Positions 63,157 to 64,000 of a DNA stretch of 64,000 nt are shown in pieces. Origin of the DNA: Candidatus Cloacimonadales bacterium (GTDB taxonomy: Bacteria; Cloacimonadota; Cloacimonadia; Cloacimonadales; JAFGVF01); contig CAXXOU010000004.1 of NCBI GenBank assembly GCA_963677495.2, forward strand, positions 1,056,001 through 1,120,000, given 5' to 3'. Position numbers and translations under genes: made by a program. Position 1 is the stretch's first letter. Each line of letters starts with the position of its first letter. The notes under the pieces were generated by a model. It did no database searches. It saw only the letters and a program-made list of their open reading frames with translations, and was not told the DNA's origin.

Positions 63157-64000
63157 TTAATAATATCTAACTTTCAATCTTATTCCGTTACCGGGAAACT
63201 CTCCAACAGTATACCCTTTTGAGAACATTACATAAAGTTGATCCTGATTCATAAGAGCGTTATCCAACTCGGTAGTTTGAAATAAGACTTTTCCATCTTC
63301 TTTAGGTTCAATCTTTACTTTAGTATAATCGAGTACTTTTCTGCCTTTGCCTGCTCTTGGTTCAATTGCGAGTATAAAGTAACCTTCAACTGCAACGTTA
63401 AGAGAATTATGCACTTCAGCAACCAAATCTCCGGCATTCTTCTCTCCTGCTAATTCATGAATGAAAGAATCCTTTTCCCATCCGGGTGCTATTTCAACAC
63501 TCTTTTTAAGAAAGATAGTTGTATCATCAATCCAACGTCCTGAATAAGCAACAGCAGATCTAAATCCACCCCAATATGATAATGAACGCTTATGCCAAGA
63601 TTTTAGTGCAGGGTCGTTAACTTTGTATGAAGAAGGTTTATAGAGTTGCCCGGATCGTTCAGTAACTAATACCCAATGCCCTTTACCACGACCAACTTTA
63701 ACAATAACCTTGTTACCAACAGCAAGGTGACGAGCTAAGAAGCGCCAATCATTCCTTTTCCAGGAACGCTCTTCGAACTCCATGCCATTTAAGAGTCCGT
63801 CAAATTTAGGTGGTACTTCCAGAATCATGTCAGCATTGATGAATCCATGATGTTTCCTTAACCACCAATTGAGATTGCGTGGAGTTACCTCTTTAGTTCC
63901 GGCTTCAGCGTTCAACATCATGGCAATACAGGATAGAACGCATCCGCTTTTAGCAATAGAGATAGATTTGGAATATCCCAGTTTGAGATGTTTCCAATCA
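63157..64000 (-). CDS. C39-like cysteine peptidase domain protein (start beyond window end)
   Basis: Frame is open upstream of 63921: DWKHLKLGYSKSISIAKSGCVLSCIAMM; GHWVLV and VNDP give the Cys-His-Asp triad. Confidence 0.75.
   Translation of the reverse strand, partial: DWKHLKLGYSKSISIAKSGCVLSCIAMMLNAEAGTKEVTPRNLNWWLRKHHGFINADMILEVPPKFDGLLNGMEFEERSWKRNDWRFLARHLAVGNKVIVKVGRGKGHWVLVTERSGQLYKPSSYKVNDPALKSWHKRSLSYWGGFRSAVAYSGRWIDDTTIFLKKSVEIAPGWEKDSFIHELAGEKNAGDLVAEVHNSLNVAVEGYFILAIEPRAGKGRKVLDYTKVKIEPKEDGKVLFQTTELDNALMNQDQLYVMFSKGYTVGEFPGNGIRLKVRYY

Overview
AT-rich bacterial chromosome segment. The LpxC-FabZ fusion, long FCB-type SecA and secreted proteins ending in a YPNPFNP sorting tail suggest the FCB group, probably Candidatus Cloacimonadota (inference). 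Housekeeping blocks: secA-smg-like-topA-ABC permease, etfA, skp-lpxD-lpxC/fabZ-lpxA, tRNA-Ala(GGC), alaS with envelope genes, rpsU-yqeY-cvpA-mutS2-dnaG-rpoD-tRNA(CAT), btpA-asd-amidohydrolase and thrS. Accessory patches lie between them: a divergent pair of related lipoproteins (one with a C-terminal glycine zipper), a DUF2188 gene with a SEC-C/PD-(D/E)xK nuclease gene, a type I R-M locus with RhuM, and secreted proteins. The most striking unexplained signal is non-coding. About ten intergenic arrays repeat a 4-6 bp core at an almost exact 11-bp period, and most then flip into the inverted orientation. The core differs between loci (CACTG, CCCTTG, CAAG, GTTAG, CTACG, CCACG and others). Most arrays sit within or beside mosaics of shared REP-like hairpin modules, and four lie on the same side of one conserved double-hairpin module. 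hsdM and the start of hsdS carry many single-base homopolymer insertions, most likely local sequencing error. No CRISPR, integrase, transposase or reverse transcriptase was seen.
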